From NCBI GenBank assembly GCA_032249135.1, contig JAVVGL010000002.1, positions 23,575 through 87,574 on the forward strand: DNA of 64,000 nucleotides. The letters run 5' to 3'. Position 1 is the stretch's first letter; each line of letters starts with the position of its first letter. A program made the position numbers and the translations under genes. The DNA is from Candidatus Calescibacterium sp. (GTDB lineage: Bacteria > Calescibacteriota > Calescibacteriia > Calescibacteriales > Calescibacteriaceae). Below, one piece after another: positions 29,638 through 39,250 of this stretch. Below the pieces are notes generated by a model. It saw only the letters and a program-made list of their open reading frames with translations, was not told the DNA's origin and made no database searches.

Positions 29638-30450
29638 ATGATAGTAAGAAAACCAGCCGTTGCAGGTCTATTTTATCCGTCTGATCCATTAAAACTCGAA
29701 AAGAAAGTAAAAGAGCTTTTGGAAACAGGAGAAAGCGGAGAAGAAGTTGAAGCATTTGGAGTTATATCTCCGCACGCAGGATATATATACTCAGGAAAAG
29801 TCGCAGGAAAAGTTTTTTCGAAGGTAAAAGTTCCCGATAAAGTTCTTATTTTGTGCCCAAACCATACGGGATACGGCACGGATGTATCTTTGTTTCCAGA
29901 TGGAGTGTGGGAATTCCCAGGATTTTCAGTGGAAACAGATAAAGAAATAAACTCTTTTCTCATAAATCAAAGCGAGATTTTTGAATTTGATACAGGAGCT
30001 CATCTCAGAGAACATTCAGCAGAAGTAATAGTTCCATTTTTATATTACAAAAACAGGAAACTAAAAATTTCAATTGTATGCATAAGAACGCTTAACCTAA
30101 AAAAACTCAAGAAAATAGGAGAAGCTATTTCAAATCTAAAAGACAAATACAACGAAAATTTATTATTTGTTGCATCTTCTGATATGAATCACTACGAGGT
30201 AGATGATATATCAAGAAAAAAAGATATGATGGCAATAGAAAAAATAAAAAATATAGATCCAGAAGGATTATATGAGGTGGTTTTGGAGAAAAACATATCT
30301 ATGTGCGGAATATCCCCAGTTCTATCTTTATTATTTTCAGCAAAAGAAAAAGGAATAAAGAATGCAGAACTTGTAGCATATAGCAACTCCGGTGAAGTAA
30401 CCCAAGATTTTTCATCAGTTGTCGGATACGCAGGAATAGTGATTTACTAA
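29638..30450 (+). CDS. amrB: AmmeMemoRadiSam system protein B (MEMO1 family)
   Basis: RKPAVAGLFYP, PHAGYIYSG, PNHTG, EHSAEV, SSDMNHY, SMCG, VGYAG. Confidence 0.93.
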   Translation: MIVRKPAVAGLFYPSDPLKLEKKVKELLETGESGEEVEAFGVISPHAGYIYSGKVAGKVFSKVKVPDKVLILCPNHTGYGTDVSLFPDGVWEFPGFSVETDKEINSFLINQSEIFEFDTGAHLREHSAEVIVPFLYYKNRKLKISIVCIRTLNLKKLKKIGEAISNLKDKYNENLLFVASSDMNHYEVDDISRKKDMMAIEKIKNIDPEGLYEVVLEKNISMCGISPVLSLLFSAKEKGIKNAELVAYSNSGEVTQDFSSVVGYAGIVIY

Positions 30451-30469
30451 CTAAATCTCAATTTTTATT

Positions 30470-31117
30470 TCATGACTTTAACCATGTTCTCAAAGAAAGG
30501 AAAATTTTCAACCCATCATCGCTCCCTAAAAATTTGTAAACAGCTCTTTCAGGATGAGGCATAAGTCCCACAACATTTCCAGATGAAATGCCAGCAATAC
30601 TATCAAAAGAACCATTTGGATTCTCACAATATCTGAAAGTTACTTTTGGCTCCTTATCCTTTTGAGGAAAGTAGTTTCCAAACTTATGAGCAATTGGCAA
30701 TTTTATCTTTTCACCTTCTTTAAAAGCACAGGTAAAAGGAGTATCAACATTTTCTACTTTAAGCTCAACCCACCTTGATATAAATTTCGTATTTGCATTC
30801 ATAATTAAAGCCCCTGGTAAAATTCCAAGTTCACACAAAATTTGAAAGCCATTGCATATTCCTAAAACAGGATACCCTTTCTGAATAAACTTAATCAAAC
30901 TATCTACGACGGGAGACAAAGATGCAAGCTTACCCGCTCTCAAATAATCTCCATAAGAAAATCCTCCCGGTATTATGAAAGAAGAAAACTTATTTAGATT
31001 TTTCTCTTCATGCCAGACATATTCGGCTTCAAGACCTACAAGTTCAACTGCTCTTTTTGTTTCAATATTGCAATTTGTCCCAGGGAATACTAATATTGCA
31101 ACTCTCGGCTTTGCCAT
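30470..31117 (-). CDS. purQ: FGAM synthase glutaminase subunit
   Basis: FPGTNC, PGGFSYGDYLRAG, GICNGFQIL, MPHPER. Confidence 0.96.
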   Translation of the reverse strand: MAKPRVAILVFPGTNCNIETKRAVELVGLEAEYVWHEEKNLNKFSSFIIPGGFSYGDYLRAGKLASLSPVVDSLIKFIQKGYPVLGICNGFQILCELGILPGALIMNANTKFISRWVELKVENVDTPFTCAFKEGEKIKLPIAHKFGNYFPQKDKEPKVTFRYCENPNGSFDSIAGISSGNVVGLMPHPERAVYKFLGSDDGLKIFLSLRTWLKS

Positions 31118-31122
31118 AAAGA

Positions 31123-31773
31123 TTAAATTATTTTCCCATTTTCCTCCGCAGCTCTCAAAAGCTCACTTACAAAGTAATCCTCCGGAACCGCACCTTCTAT
31201 TTCAACTTTCTCATTTATTATAGTTTTAGGGACTCCATAGACAGAGTACTGTGAAGCAAGATCAGGAAATTCGGTTGCCTCTATCATCTCTGCATATATG
31301 TTCTCATTCAAAAGCGCAGCAGAATGAGCATACTTTACCATTCGCGGACAATACGGACAGGTTGGGGTTACAAAAACCTTTATATTAATAGGAACCTTTA
31401 TAGAAAGTATTTTCTGTTGAGAAGCAGGTGACAAGAAACTAACTTTTCTTGATACTTCAATTATATCCTCTATAAGAACTGCAAATTCATAACCTGCTGG
31501 AATTCCAAAATATCTTATTCTTTCGTTCCCTACCAAAATAGCAGGGACCTTATCAATTTTATATTTTTCAACATCTAACTTATCAAGGGCGAAGTTTTTT
31601 ATTTCAAGTTGAATTTTCTGTGACGTTTCAGCAAGCTCCTTTAAAAGTTGCTCAGTTTCAGGACAATATTCACAATTTATACTCTGGGTAAAAAGAATAA
31701 TTTTGACTGGATCTACAAGCTCATTTCTGAACCGCTGTATGAGAAAGTTTCTATCTTTTTCGTTCAAAAACAT
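31123..31773 (-). CDS. Protein disulfide oxidoreductase (two thioredoxin folds)
   Basis: CEYC and CPYC; GIPAGYEF; GVPK; AGGAGG SD. Confidence 0.92.
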   Translation of the reverse strand: MFLNEKDRNFLIQRFRNELVDPVKIILFTQSINCEYCPETEQLLKELAETSQKIQLEIKNFALDKLDVEKYKIDKVPAILVGNERIRYFGIPAGYEFAVLIEDIIEVSRKVSFLSPASQQKILSIKVPINIKVFVTPTCPYCPRMVKYAHSAALLNENIYAEMIEATEFPDLASQYSVYGVPKTIINEKVEIEGAVPEDYFVSELLRAAEENGKII

Positions 31774-31962
31774 AACGCAAAACCTCCTATAATTTCATTT
31801 TATCAATTATAATGAGAATAGAAGGTATTTTCAGTAAATTTGTTATGGGTTGTTGGCAGGCAATAAATAAAATACGGAAGACAAGGAAAAAGTGTGGGAA
31901 TAAGGAAAAAGTTCGGGAAAATTTTAAATTTATTTTTTGTTTATCAAAGTTTCAAAACAAGA

Positions 31963-32038
31963 GCGCCCGTAGTTCAGATGGAAGAACGCCGGGTTGCGGA
32001 CCCGGAGGTCGCGGGTTCGAGTCCCGCCGGGCGTACCA
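31963..32038 (+). tRNA. tRNA-Arg, anticodon GCG
   Basis: Acceptor GCGCCCG/CGGGCGT, D-loop with A20, anticodon arm CCGGG-TTGCGGA-CCCGG, GTTCGAGTC T-loop, encoded CCA. Confidence 0.95.
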
Positions 32039-32044
32039 TACTAC

Positions 32045-32905
32045 ATGTTCATATTCATAACCGGAAAAGGTGGAACGGGAAAAAGTTTGGTAAGTGTCAT
32101 ATTATCAAACTTACTTTCAAATAAAGGCAGAGTAATTCTTTATTTCCCACATAATTTACCCTCCCCTCTTTACTCACTTACATCAAAAAAAGTCAATCTC
32201 TATCCTCTTGATTATGAAAAAGAAGCTAAAGAATATGTCAAACTTAAACTTAAACTATTTGTTTTGTGGGTACCTCTCGTTCGCTCACAAGTATTCAAAG
32301 TATTCCAAAAAGTAATCCCGGGATTTACCGAGCTTATTTATCTTGGAAAAATGTGGTATGATTGGACAAAAAGAAAAGCAGATTTTTACATATTTGATGC
32401 TCTACCAACAGGTCAAATTTTATCTATGCTGAATATACCAAAAGCTGGTCTTGAATCCGGAGTAGCTGGTCCTGTTAGATCTGACCTTCAAGGTATGTTT
32501 GAATTTGTAAAAAAAATAAATATTATAATAGTCTCTTTACCTGAGCAACTTCCATTAGAAGAAACACAAGAAACAGTAAATAAGATGCGAGAAAATGTTT
32601 TTTTCCCAAAAGCTATCATTCTCAATAAGTTTTACAAAAGCCAAATTCCAGAAGAAGATAAAAAATGGATAAATTCAATCTTAGTTGAAGGTAAGCTCAA
32701 AACCAGAGAAAAAAAAGAGCTACTATCTTTGCTAAGATTTGACGAATATTTATCTAAAAATTCTCAAAAATTTTTATCAGAATATCTTAAACTTGAGATA
32801 CCCGTTTATACGATAAATTTTTCCTTAAATGGAATTACTCCTGAATTTGTTCAGAGTTCGGAAGAAAATCTTGCTCAATCTTCATTATTTTCTCACCTTT
32901 CCTGA
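32045..32905 (+). CDS. ArsA/Get3-like ATPase (single domain)
   Basis: MFIFITGKGGTGKS, IPGFTEL..LGK, FDALPTG, LPEQLPLEET, ILNK; start moved to the ATG after the tRNA. Confidence 0.8.
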   Translation: MFIFITGKGGTGKSLVSVILSNLLSNKGRVILYFPHNLPSPLYSLTSKKVNLYPLDYEKEAKEYVKLKLKLFVLWVPLVRSQVFKVFQKVIPGFTELIYLGKMWYDWTKRKADFYIFDALPTGQILSMLNIPKAGLESGVAGPVRSDLQGMFEFVKKINIIIVSLPEQLPLEETQETVNKMRENVFFPKAIILNKFYKSQIPEEDKKWINSILVEGKLKTREKKELLSLLRFDEYLSKNSQKFLSEYLKLEIPVYTINFSLNGITPEFVQSSEENLAQSSLFSHLS

Positions 32906-33170
32906 CCCATCCAAATTTCTTAAATAAATATTCAAGGTATTCTCTATCAAGCGTTTTTATAAGTTCTATCTTTTTTTGGAGATCTTCTATTTCTGCTTTG
33001 AGATTTTCCTTTTTGATTTCAAGCTCTTGAATCTTTCTTTTCTGCAAAAAGTAAGTGTATATACCATCAGAAGAAAAGACAAGAAAATAAATGGATAAAA
33101 ACAAAGATACAAAAAAAGTAAAGAAAAAAATTTTTGGAATCCTCATATATAAAAGAATTTTAAAAAACAT
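32835..33170 (-). CDS. ftsB: Septum formation initiator FtsB/DivIC family (start may be 33146)
   Basis: TM segment, FSSDG, coiled coil, FGWVRKGE. Confidence 0.75.
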   Translation of the reverse strand: MFFKILLYMRIPKIFFFTFFVSLFLSIYFLVFSSDGIYTYFLQKRKIQELEIKKENLKAEIEDLQKKIELIKTLDREYLEYLFKKFGWVRKGEKIMKIEQDFLPNSEQIQE

Positions 33171-33383
33171 CCAGCCTAAAATAGATGTTCAATTGAAATT
33201 CAGCCGACCGAAAGCAAAGAAAACTTTCTCTTTCATGCTATCTATTAAGTCAAAGTTTAATCAATTGAAAGAGGAACTAATTATAGCCTTTTAGCTAAGA
33301 CAAATGATACAATTGTGGAATTAAGCAAAATAAGAACAAAAAATGATTAAAGATTAAAAAAAGAAAAAAATAAAAAAAATAAA

Positions 33384-35186
33384 ATGATTAAGATGAAAAT
33401 AATAATTATGAATACCAGCAAAATCGTGGCACTATTCTCTTTATCACTATCCTTTATGCTCTCCTTATTTTTCCTTTCTTGCTCAAAAGATAGCAACAAC
33501 AAAAACCCTAAATTATCTGAATACGAAAAGGGAATAAGGTATCTTGAAAGTGGGAATTACTCAGATGCATACAGCACCTTTGAAAATCTTGTAAAGAAGG
33601 AAGGAGAAAAACCTGAGTATCTGCTCGGAATGGTTCTTGCGAGCGTAGCGAGTGAGTTCTCAAAACTTCCTGAAAAAGTTCAAAGAGGTTTGCAGATGTT
33701 TTCACCAAAATTTAACCCAGATTTAGAGAAAATTGATACAAAGCAGGAGCAAAAACTCCCAGGTCTTAATGCAATTTTAGAAACTTTCGCAAAAGACTTG
33801 ATTTTAGATATGATTGAAACAAACCTTCCTATTTTAATAAAAGTTTCAGAAAAAATAGATGAAAACTTTGTATTCCCAATCACTTTCTTACCTGTCAATT
33901 TCCCTGGAACTCCTTTCGGATTTTTCGGAAACTGGGGATATGCTGAGGTTAATTATCTTATCAGCATCGGGGCGTATCTTGCGTCCCTCATAAGGTTTCT
34001 TCTTTCTGTGAACATAAATGCTCCTATATCTTCATATTATGCAGTTAATGAATTTGTAAAAAGCAAAGGAGGATGGGGAATGTTTTTTGGAGACCCTCTG
34101 AATGTCGGTTTCAGAGCTATTGCTCATCTCCTAAACTCCTCCAACTCAATTTTTACTTTGTGGTCAAAAGAAAACCTCATCAAAGCCAAAGAATATGGAT
34201 TAATTTCTGTTGAACATCATAAAAAAACTTATGAGTCTCTTTTACTAAACTACAAGAAAAGAAACAGAAGGGAAAATTTTGTTGCGTTCTTTGATGAAGA
34301 ATTCAGAAGAATTCATATGAAAGTTTATGTTGGAGGTGAAGTTAAAATCTTAGATTTTGGATTTACCCAAGATTTTGAAACTACAATAAAGAATGCCCAA
34401 AGACTCATAGACCATCTCAGAGGTAAAAATAAAGAACCTATTGAATGCTCACACATATTTGGTGGAATTAATTCCGTAGCTGGTTTCTTTGTTTCATCTG
34501 GCTTTATTCTTTCTGCTGCGCAAAGTAGCCTCAAATCTGGAAGAGGAGAATCTATTGCAAAATTTTTTGAAGGTGCAAAAAATCTTTTGGGAACATTTCT
34601 AATTCTTACAAGTATATGTATGGCGGATGTTGTTGAGATTGATTTGAATAAACTTGTTGATAATTTTCAAGGTTTGAGAAATTTATTCCCTGTTTGGACA
34701 TTTACATCACCTCAATTTGACGATTCAATTTGGTTAGAGTGGGAATGTGGAACTAACTCTCTTAAACCTGATTTTTCTGTTTTGGATCCAGCGGATGGTT
34801 ATCTCAAATGTTCAAAGAGGGCTCCTCTGAAAGATTCTAATCATTTTTCTGACCAGACTGTATTAGGAGCTGGTATAACACAGGTTGCAGGAGTGAAAGT
34901 CACGAGGTTATCTGAGCCAAGATGTGAGCAAACATTTGAGGAATGTATAAAACTTTACGGAGGTATAAATCCTTTGCAAGAAGGGATACCAAGAGATGGT
35001 CAGTATTCACGGGTTCCTTATTTTTTATTTCAGGACCCATCTTTTTATGGGTCATTGTGGATAAATCCGCAGAGGATAGGGGTAAGTTTTTGCGGAGCGC
35101 CGATGGAAAGGCATATGCCAGAAGGAATAGTAGGTGTATGCGAACTTAACGCTCTGATCTGGTACTTTTATAGCCAACTATTTTGA
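33384..35186 (+). CDS. Hypothetical large lipoprotein with N-terminal TPR-like helices and a Cys-rich C-terminus
   Basis: 600-aa ORF; lipobox FLS-C; YEKGIRYLESGNYSDA. Confidence 0.7.
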   Translation: MIKMKIIIMNTSKIVALFSLSLSFMLSLFFLSCSKDSNNKNPKLSEYEKGIRYLESGNYSDAYSTFENLVKKEGEKPEYLLGMVLASVASEFSKLPEKVQRGLQMFSPKFNPDLEKIDTKQEQKLPGLNAILETFAKDLILDMIETNLPILIKVSEKIDENFVFPITFLPVNFPGTPFGFFGNWGYAEVNYLISIGAYLASLIRFLLSVNINAPISSYYAVNEFVKSKGGWGMFFGDPLNVGFRAIAHLLNSSNSIFTLWSKENLIKAKEYGLISVEHHKKTYESLLLNYKKRNRRENFVAFFDEEFRRIHMKVYVGGEVKILDFGFTQDFETTIKNAQRLIDHLRGKNKEPIECSHIFGGINSVAGFFVSSGFILSAAQSSLKSGRGESIAKFFEGAKNLLGTFLILTSICMADVVEIDLNKLVDNFQGLRNLFPVWTFTSPQFDDSIWLEWECGTNSLKPDFSVLDPADGYLKCSKRAPLKDSNHFSDQTVLGAGITQVAGVKVTRLSEPRCEQTFEECIKLYGGINPLQEGIPRDGQYSRVPYFLFQDPSFYGSLWINPQRIGVSFCGAPMERHMPEGIVGVCELNALIWYFYSQLF

Positions 35187-35191
35187 GCTGT

Positions 35192-35359
35192 TCATTCTAT
35201 TGAAAAAAAACTTCTTCTTTTTACTGCTTCATCAAGGGTTTCAATTTGTCTATCTTTTAGATTTCCAAGAATTCCAAATACTAATTCCAAAGCCAATATT
35301 TTCTTTATCCTGCTATAAAGCTCATCGTTGGAGATTTGGCGGTGGAGTATAAGTAAAAT
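35192..35359 (-). pseudogene. Start-less fragment of a small hypothetical protein
   Basis: 55 open codons (...NDELYSRIKKILALELVFGILGNLKDRQIETLDEAVKRRSFFSIE*) with protein-like composition; no 5' start codon. Confidence 0.3.
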
Positions 35360-35408
35360 TTAATTTTTGAGATAAAATTGCAAGCGATAGAATAAAGAAA
35401 GAGTTAGA

Positions 35409-35891
35409 ATGGGAAGAATAAGAAAATATCAAGCGTCAAAAAAGGTAAAATACAAAAAAGAGCTAAAAAGGTTTGACCTGATTTTGAAAGAAATTATTTC
35501 AAGAGCTGCAAGCAAAATTATCCGGTTAGCAACTGGTAGAAAAGTAGAAGGCAAAGTCAAAATTTTTCCAGCAGAAATAAGACTTGCAAAATCTTTCTAC
35601 CCGAGGGAAACCCTCCGCCATCTGAATTTAGAACGCCCAAATTAACTTTAAAATATGAGGTTTTAGATATGAAGAAAATAAATCCTGATGTTTTTATAAG
35701 GAACCGAAAGCCGGAGGAGGTCATCGTCGGAATTTCGGCAGGAAAATACAAACAAAAACCAGAGGTATTCAGTAAAGTTGTAAAAAGATTTCAGAGATTG
35801 TCCAAGAACTTGGGAAGATTTCATAAAATTTCTCAAAAATTCAAATTCAAAAACAAAAACTCAAAAAATAAAAAACTCAAAAAATAAATAA
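35409..35891 (+). pseudogene. Rpn-family paralogue with two large internal deletions and frameshifts
   Basis: Three blocks collinear with 634-1593, separated by frameshifts: RFDLILKEI...LATG...KSFYP | GNPPPSEF...LDMKKINPDVF...KR | TWEDFIKFLKNSNSK. Confidence 0.85.
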
Positions 35892-35967
35892 TCAAACCAA
35901 TGAAGATATTTTCAAAAGGTTTTTCAAAATCTTATAAATAGCAACTTAGTTTATAAAATATTTCTGT

Positions 35968-37833
35968 ATGCTTGAGAAAATAAATTATCCAGAAGATATA
36001 AAAAGCCTCAGCATAAAAGAGCTCGAAGAATTGGCAAAAGAAATAAGACAAAAAATTTTGGAAGTCGTATCCAAAAATGGAGGGCACCTTTCTCCTTCTC
36101 TCGGTATGGTAGAACTTGTTCTTGCACTCCACTATGTTTTTGATATGCCAAAAGATAGAATAATCTTTGATGGAGGGTACCAAGCGTACTCCCACAAACT
36201 CATAACAGGGAGAAAAGAATACTTTGATACACTAAAAATATTCGGAGGATTAGGGGGTTTTTTAAGGCCGGACGAATCTCCTTATGATATATTTGGAGCT
36301 GGACATGTCGGAACGTCAATATCAGCAGCCCTCGGAATAAGGGAAGCTCTAAAACATAAATCAGAAGAAGGGAAGGTTATAGCGGTAATAGGAGACGGAG
36401 CTATGACATGCGGTATGGCATACGAAGCTATGAATCTTGCAGGAGACCTAAAATCTGATCTGATAGTGGTTTTGAACGACAACGGTATGTCAATCGCTCC
36501 GAACAGAGGAGCAATAGCCTCATATTTTTCTAAAATCATGGCAGAACCAATTTTTTACAGAGCAAGAGAATTTATCAAAAAACTCATAAAAGAAACTACA
36601 TCAGCAAAAAGCCAAGATATAATAAGAATTATAAGGAGAATTGAAGAATCAATAATATCATTTTTCACCCCTGGAATATTGTTTGAGGGTCTTGGCTTTT
36701 ACTACTTTGGTCCAGTTGATGGACACAACCTAAAAGAACTTATTGAAATTTTTGAAAAAGTGAAAAAGTGGAGAGGACCAGTTCTCGTACATGTCAAAAC
36801 AAAAAAAGGAAAAGGATATAAACCAGCAGAAGATAATCCAGAATTCTTCCATAGAGTTGCTCCATTCCACATTGAAACAGGAGAATTGAAAAGTAAACCT
36901 AAAACACCGAGTTTTTCATCAGTTTTTGCAGATTTCCTTGTAGAACTTGCAAAAGAAGATAAAAGAATAGTAGCTATAACAGCAGCTATGGCTTTGGGAA
37001 CAGGTCTCAATAAATTCCAAGAGCATTTTCCTGAAAGATTTTACGATGTTGGGATAGCAGAACAACATGCCGTCACTATGGCAGCAGGACTTGCAAAAGA
37101 GGGAATGCGACCATTCGCAGCAATATACTCAACTTTCCTACAAAGAGCTTATGATCAGATAATACACGATGTAGCAATCCAGAATCTCCCTGTAATCTTA
37201 TGTATAGACAGAGCAGGAATAGTTGGAGAAGATGGTCCAACTCATCATGGAGTTTTTGATATAGCGTATTTAAGACCTATACCAAACTTTGTTCTTATGT
37301 CACCTGCTGATGAAAATGAGCTCAGGGATATGATTCTCACAGCTTGTGATCTTGGGCGCCCATGCGCAATAAGGTATCCGAGAGCAAATGCTTTTGGTTT
37401 CCCAAAAAGACCGCCCAGAATTCTCAAAATAGGTGAGGCAGAACTTAAAAAAGATGGAAAAGACCTTGTAATAATAGCTTATGGAACATTAGTTTATTCT
37501 GCATTAGAAGCAATAGAGGAAGCTGAAAAAGAGCTTGGAGCAAAAATAGCTCTAATAAACGCAAGGTTTGCAAAACCTCTTGATGTAAATCTTATTTGTG
37601 AGTATGCAGATATGACAAAAAAAGTTATAACAGTTGAAGAAGCAAGAAGAGACGGAGGATTTGGCTCAGCTGTTCTTGAACTTCTTGCAGATAAAAATAT
37701 AAAAGCTAATTTGATAAGGTTGGGAACCCCTGATGAATTTGTAGAGCAAGGTTCAAGAGAAGAATTACTCAGACTCATAGGACTTGACAAAGACGGAATA
37801 AAAAGAGCAATTTACAAGATATTGCTTGACTAA
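35968..37833 (+). CDS. dxs: 1-deoxy-D-xylulose-5-phosphate synthase
   Basis: GGHLSPSLG, GAGH, GDGA..N, DVGIAEQH, YSTFLQRAYDQ, DGPTHHG. Confidence 0.97.
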   Translation: MLEKINYPEDIKSLSIKELEELAKEIRQKILEVVSKNGGHLSPSLGMVELVLALHYVFDMPKDRIIFDGGYQAYSHKLITGRKEYFDTLKIFGGLGGFLRPDESPYDIFGAGHVGTSISAALGIREALKHKSEEGKVIAVIGDGAMTCGMAYEAMNLAGDLKSDLIVVLNDNGMSIAPNRGAIASYFSKIMAEPIFYRAREFIKKLIKETTSAKSQDIIRIIRRIEESIISFFTPGILFEGLGFYYFGPVDGHNLKELIEIFEKVKKWRGPVLVHVKTKKGKGYKPAEDNPEFFHRVAPFHIETGELKSKPKTPSFSSVFADFLVELAKEDKRIVAITAAMALGTGLNKFQEHFPERFYDVGIAEQHAVTMAAGLAKEGMRPFAAIYSTFLQRAYDQIIHDVAIQNLPVILCIDRAGIVGEDGPTHHGVFDIAYLRPIPNFVLMSPADENELRDMILTACDLGRPCAIRYPRANAFGFPKRPPRILKIGEAELKKDGKDLVIIAYGTLVYSALEAIEEAEKELGAKIALINARFAKPLDVNLICEYADMTKKVITVEEARRDGGFGSAVLELLADKNIKANLIRLGTPDEFVEQGSREELLRLIGLDKDGIKRAIYKILLD

Positions 37834-39230
37834 CTGAAAACCTCACGAGCTATTTTTCTTCTCATAAGGAGAATGAATTCCTCCCTCTGACCATAAAAAT
37901 CTCCGCTTGACATAAATACTACTCCTACCTTTTTCCCCCGAAACATATTATTAGATTGAATAAAGTCAAAGATCTTCAAAGCTACATCCTCGGAGTATTC
38001 TGCGTAAATTCCACGGCTTCTCAGAAAATCAACTACCTCTTTTACATCAAGCTTTCTTCCAGCAGGAACTTTTTCTTCTCTATATATTTTCCCGATAAAT
38101 ACAGCATCAGCAAGCTGGAAAACTCTTTTGTATCCTTCCTGATGAATATTTGTGCGAGATGTAAAAGACCGTGGTTCAAAGGCTAATAATATAACATCAA
38201 AAAAATCCCTCAGAGACCTTATGCCAGATTCTATCTCTGTTGGATGATGGGCAAAATCATCTATAACACAAAAATTCTGAATCTCGTATATAATTTCAAG
38301 CCTCCTTTTTACTCCCCTAAAACTTCGGATTATATCTGCTGCTTTATCATAACTTATAATGTCAGACACCAAAGATATTGCTGCAATTGAATTCAGAATG
38401 TTATGTCTTCCAAAAAGATGTATGGAAAAATCCCCCTGAAACGGTATATTTGATATTTTAAATTTATATCCGATGTCAAAAATTGATATTTCAGTTGGGA
38501 AAAAGTTAGCTTTGTCATCATACCCGTAAGAAACTTTTTCTTTTGCTCCTGATCGCTCAGCTACCAAATTTCCATGTTCAGAAAAAAAGAAAACAAGCTT
38601 ATCTTTTATCTTCTTTGAAAACTCATAAAAAGCAGAAATGTAATGATCAAAATCTGCATAAATATCAGCGTGATCAAACTCAATAGGACCAATAATAGCT
38701 CTTTTTGGCTCAAAATGCCAAAACTTCGGTTTCTTGTCAAAGAATGCTGTATCATACTCATCACCTTCTATCACAAAAATATCACCATCCCCTACCTTGG
38801 CACTTACTCCGAAATTTATTGGTACCCCTCCTACGAGGAACGAAGGTGAAAGACCTGCAGAATTAAGAAGGTAAGCAACCAAAGATGTAGTTGTGGTTTT
38901 ACCGTGTGTCCCAGCAATAACAAAAAAATCTTTTTTTCCAAAGAATTCATTTATAACCTCAGGGTAAGACATTATTTTTTTCCCTTTTGCAATAGCCTCC
39001 TGTACCTCAACATTATCGCGACTTACAGCATTGCCCACTACAACAAGGTCCGCATCTTCAACATTCTTTTCAGAAAAACCATATGTTCTTATGCCAAATT
39101 TTTTGAGTTGATCAGAGATTGGAGGATAAAAAAGCGAATCCGACCCCGAAACTTCAAACCCTAAACTTTTTAAAAGAACAGCGACTCCGCCCATCGCTGT
39201 ACCACAAACCCCAACGATATGTACACGCAT
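37830..39230 (-). CDS. mpl: Murein peptide ligase (Mpl, MurC family)
   Basis: GVCGTAMG, YPP, AGTHGKTTT, EGDEYDTAFFDKKPKF, DDFAHHPT, FEPRS. Confidence 0.9.
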   Translation of the reverse strand: MRVHIVGVCGTAMGGVAVLLKSLGFEVSGSDSLFYPPISDQLKKFGIRTYGFSEKNVEDADLVVVGNAVSRDNVEVQEAIAKGKKIMSYPEVINEFFGKKDFFVIAGTHGKTTTTSLVAYLLNSAGLSPSFLVGGVPINFGVSAKVGDGDIFVIEGDEYDTAFFDKKPKFWHFEPKRAIIGPIEFDHADIYADFDHYISAFYEFSKKIKDKLVFFFSEHGNLVAERSGAKEKVSYGYDDKANFFPTEISIFDIGYKFKISNIPFQGDFSIHLFGRHNILNSIAAISLVSDIISYDKAADIIRSFRGVKRRLEIIYEIQNFCVIDDFAHHPTEIESGIRSLRDFFDVILLAFEPRSFTSRTNIHQEGYKRVFQLADAVFIGKIYREEKVPAGRKLDVKEVVDFLRSRGIYAEYSEDVALKIFDFIQSNNMFRGKKVGVVFMSSGDFYGQREEFILLMRRKIAREVFS

Positions 39231-39250
39231 GATTTCAGTTTGAAAATAAT

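Noticed and set aside
31812..32124. ORFs spanning tRNA-Arg, including the 31994 start for the ATPase
   Set aside because: They run through a well-formed tRNA; ArsA homology starts at ATG 32045
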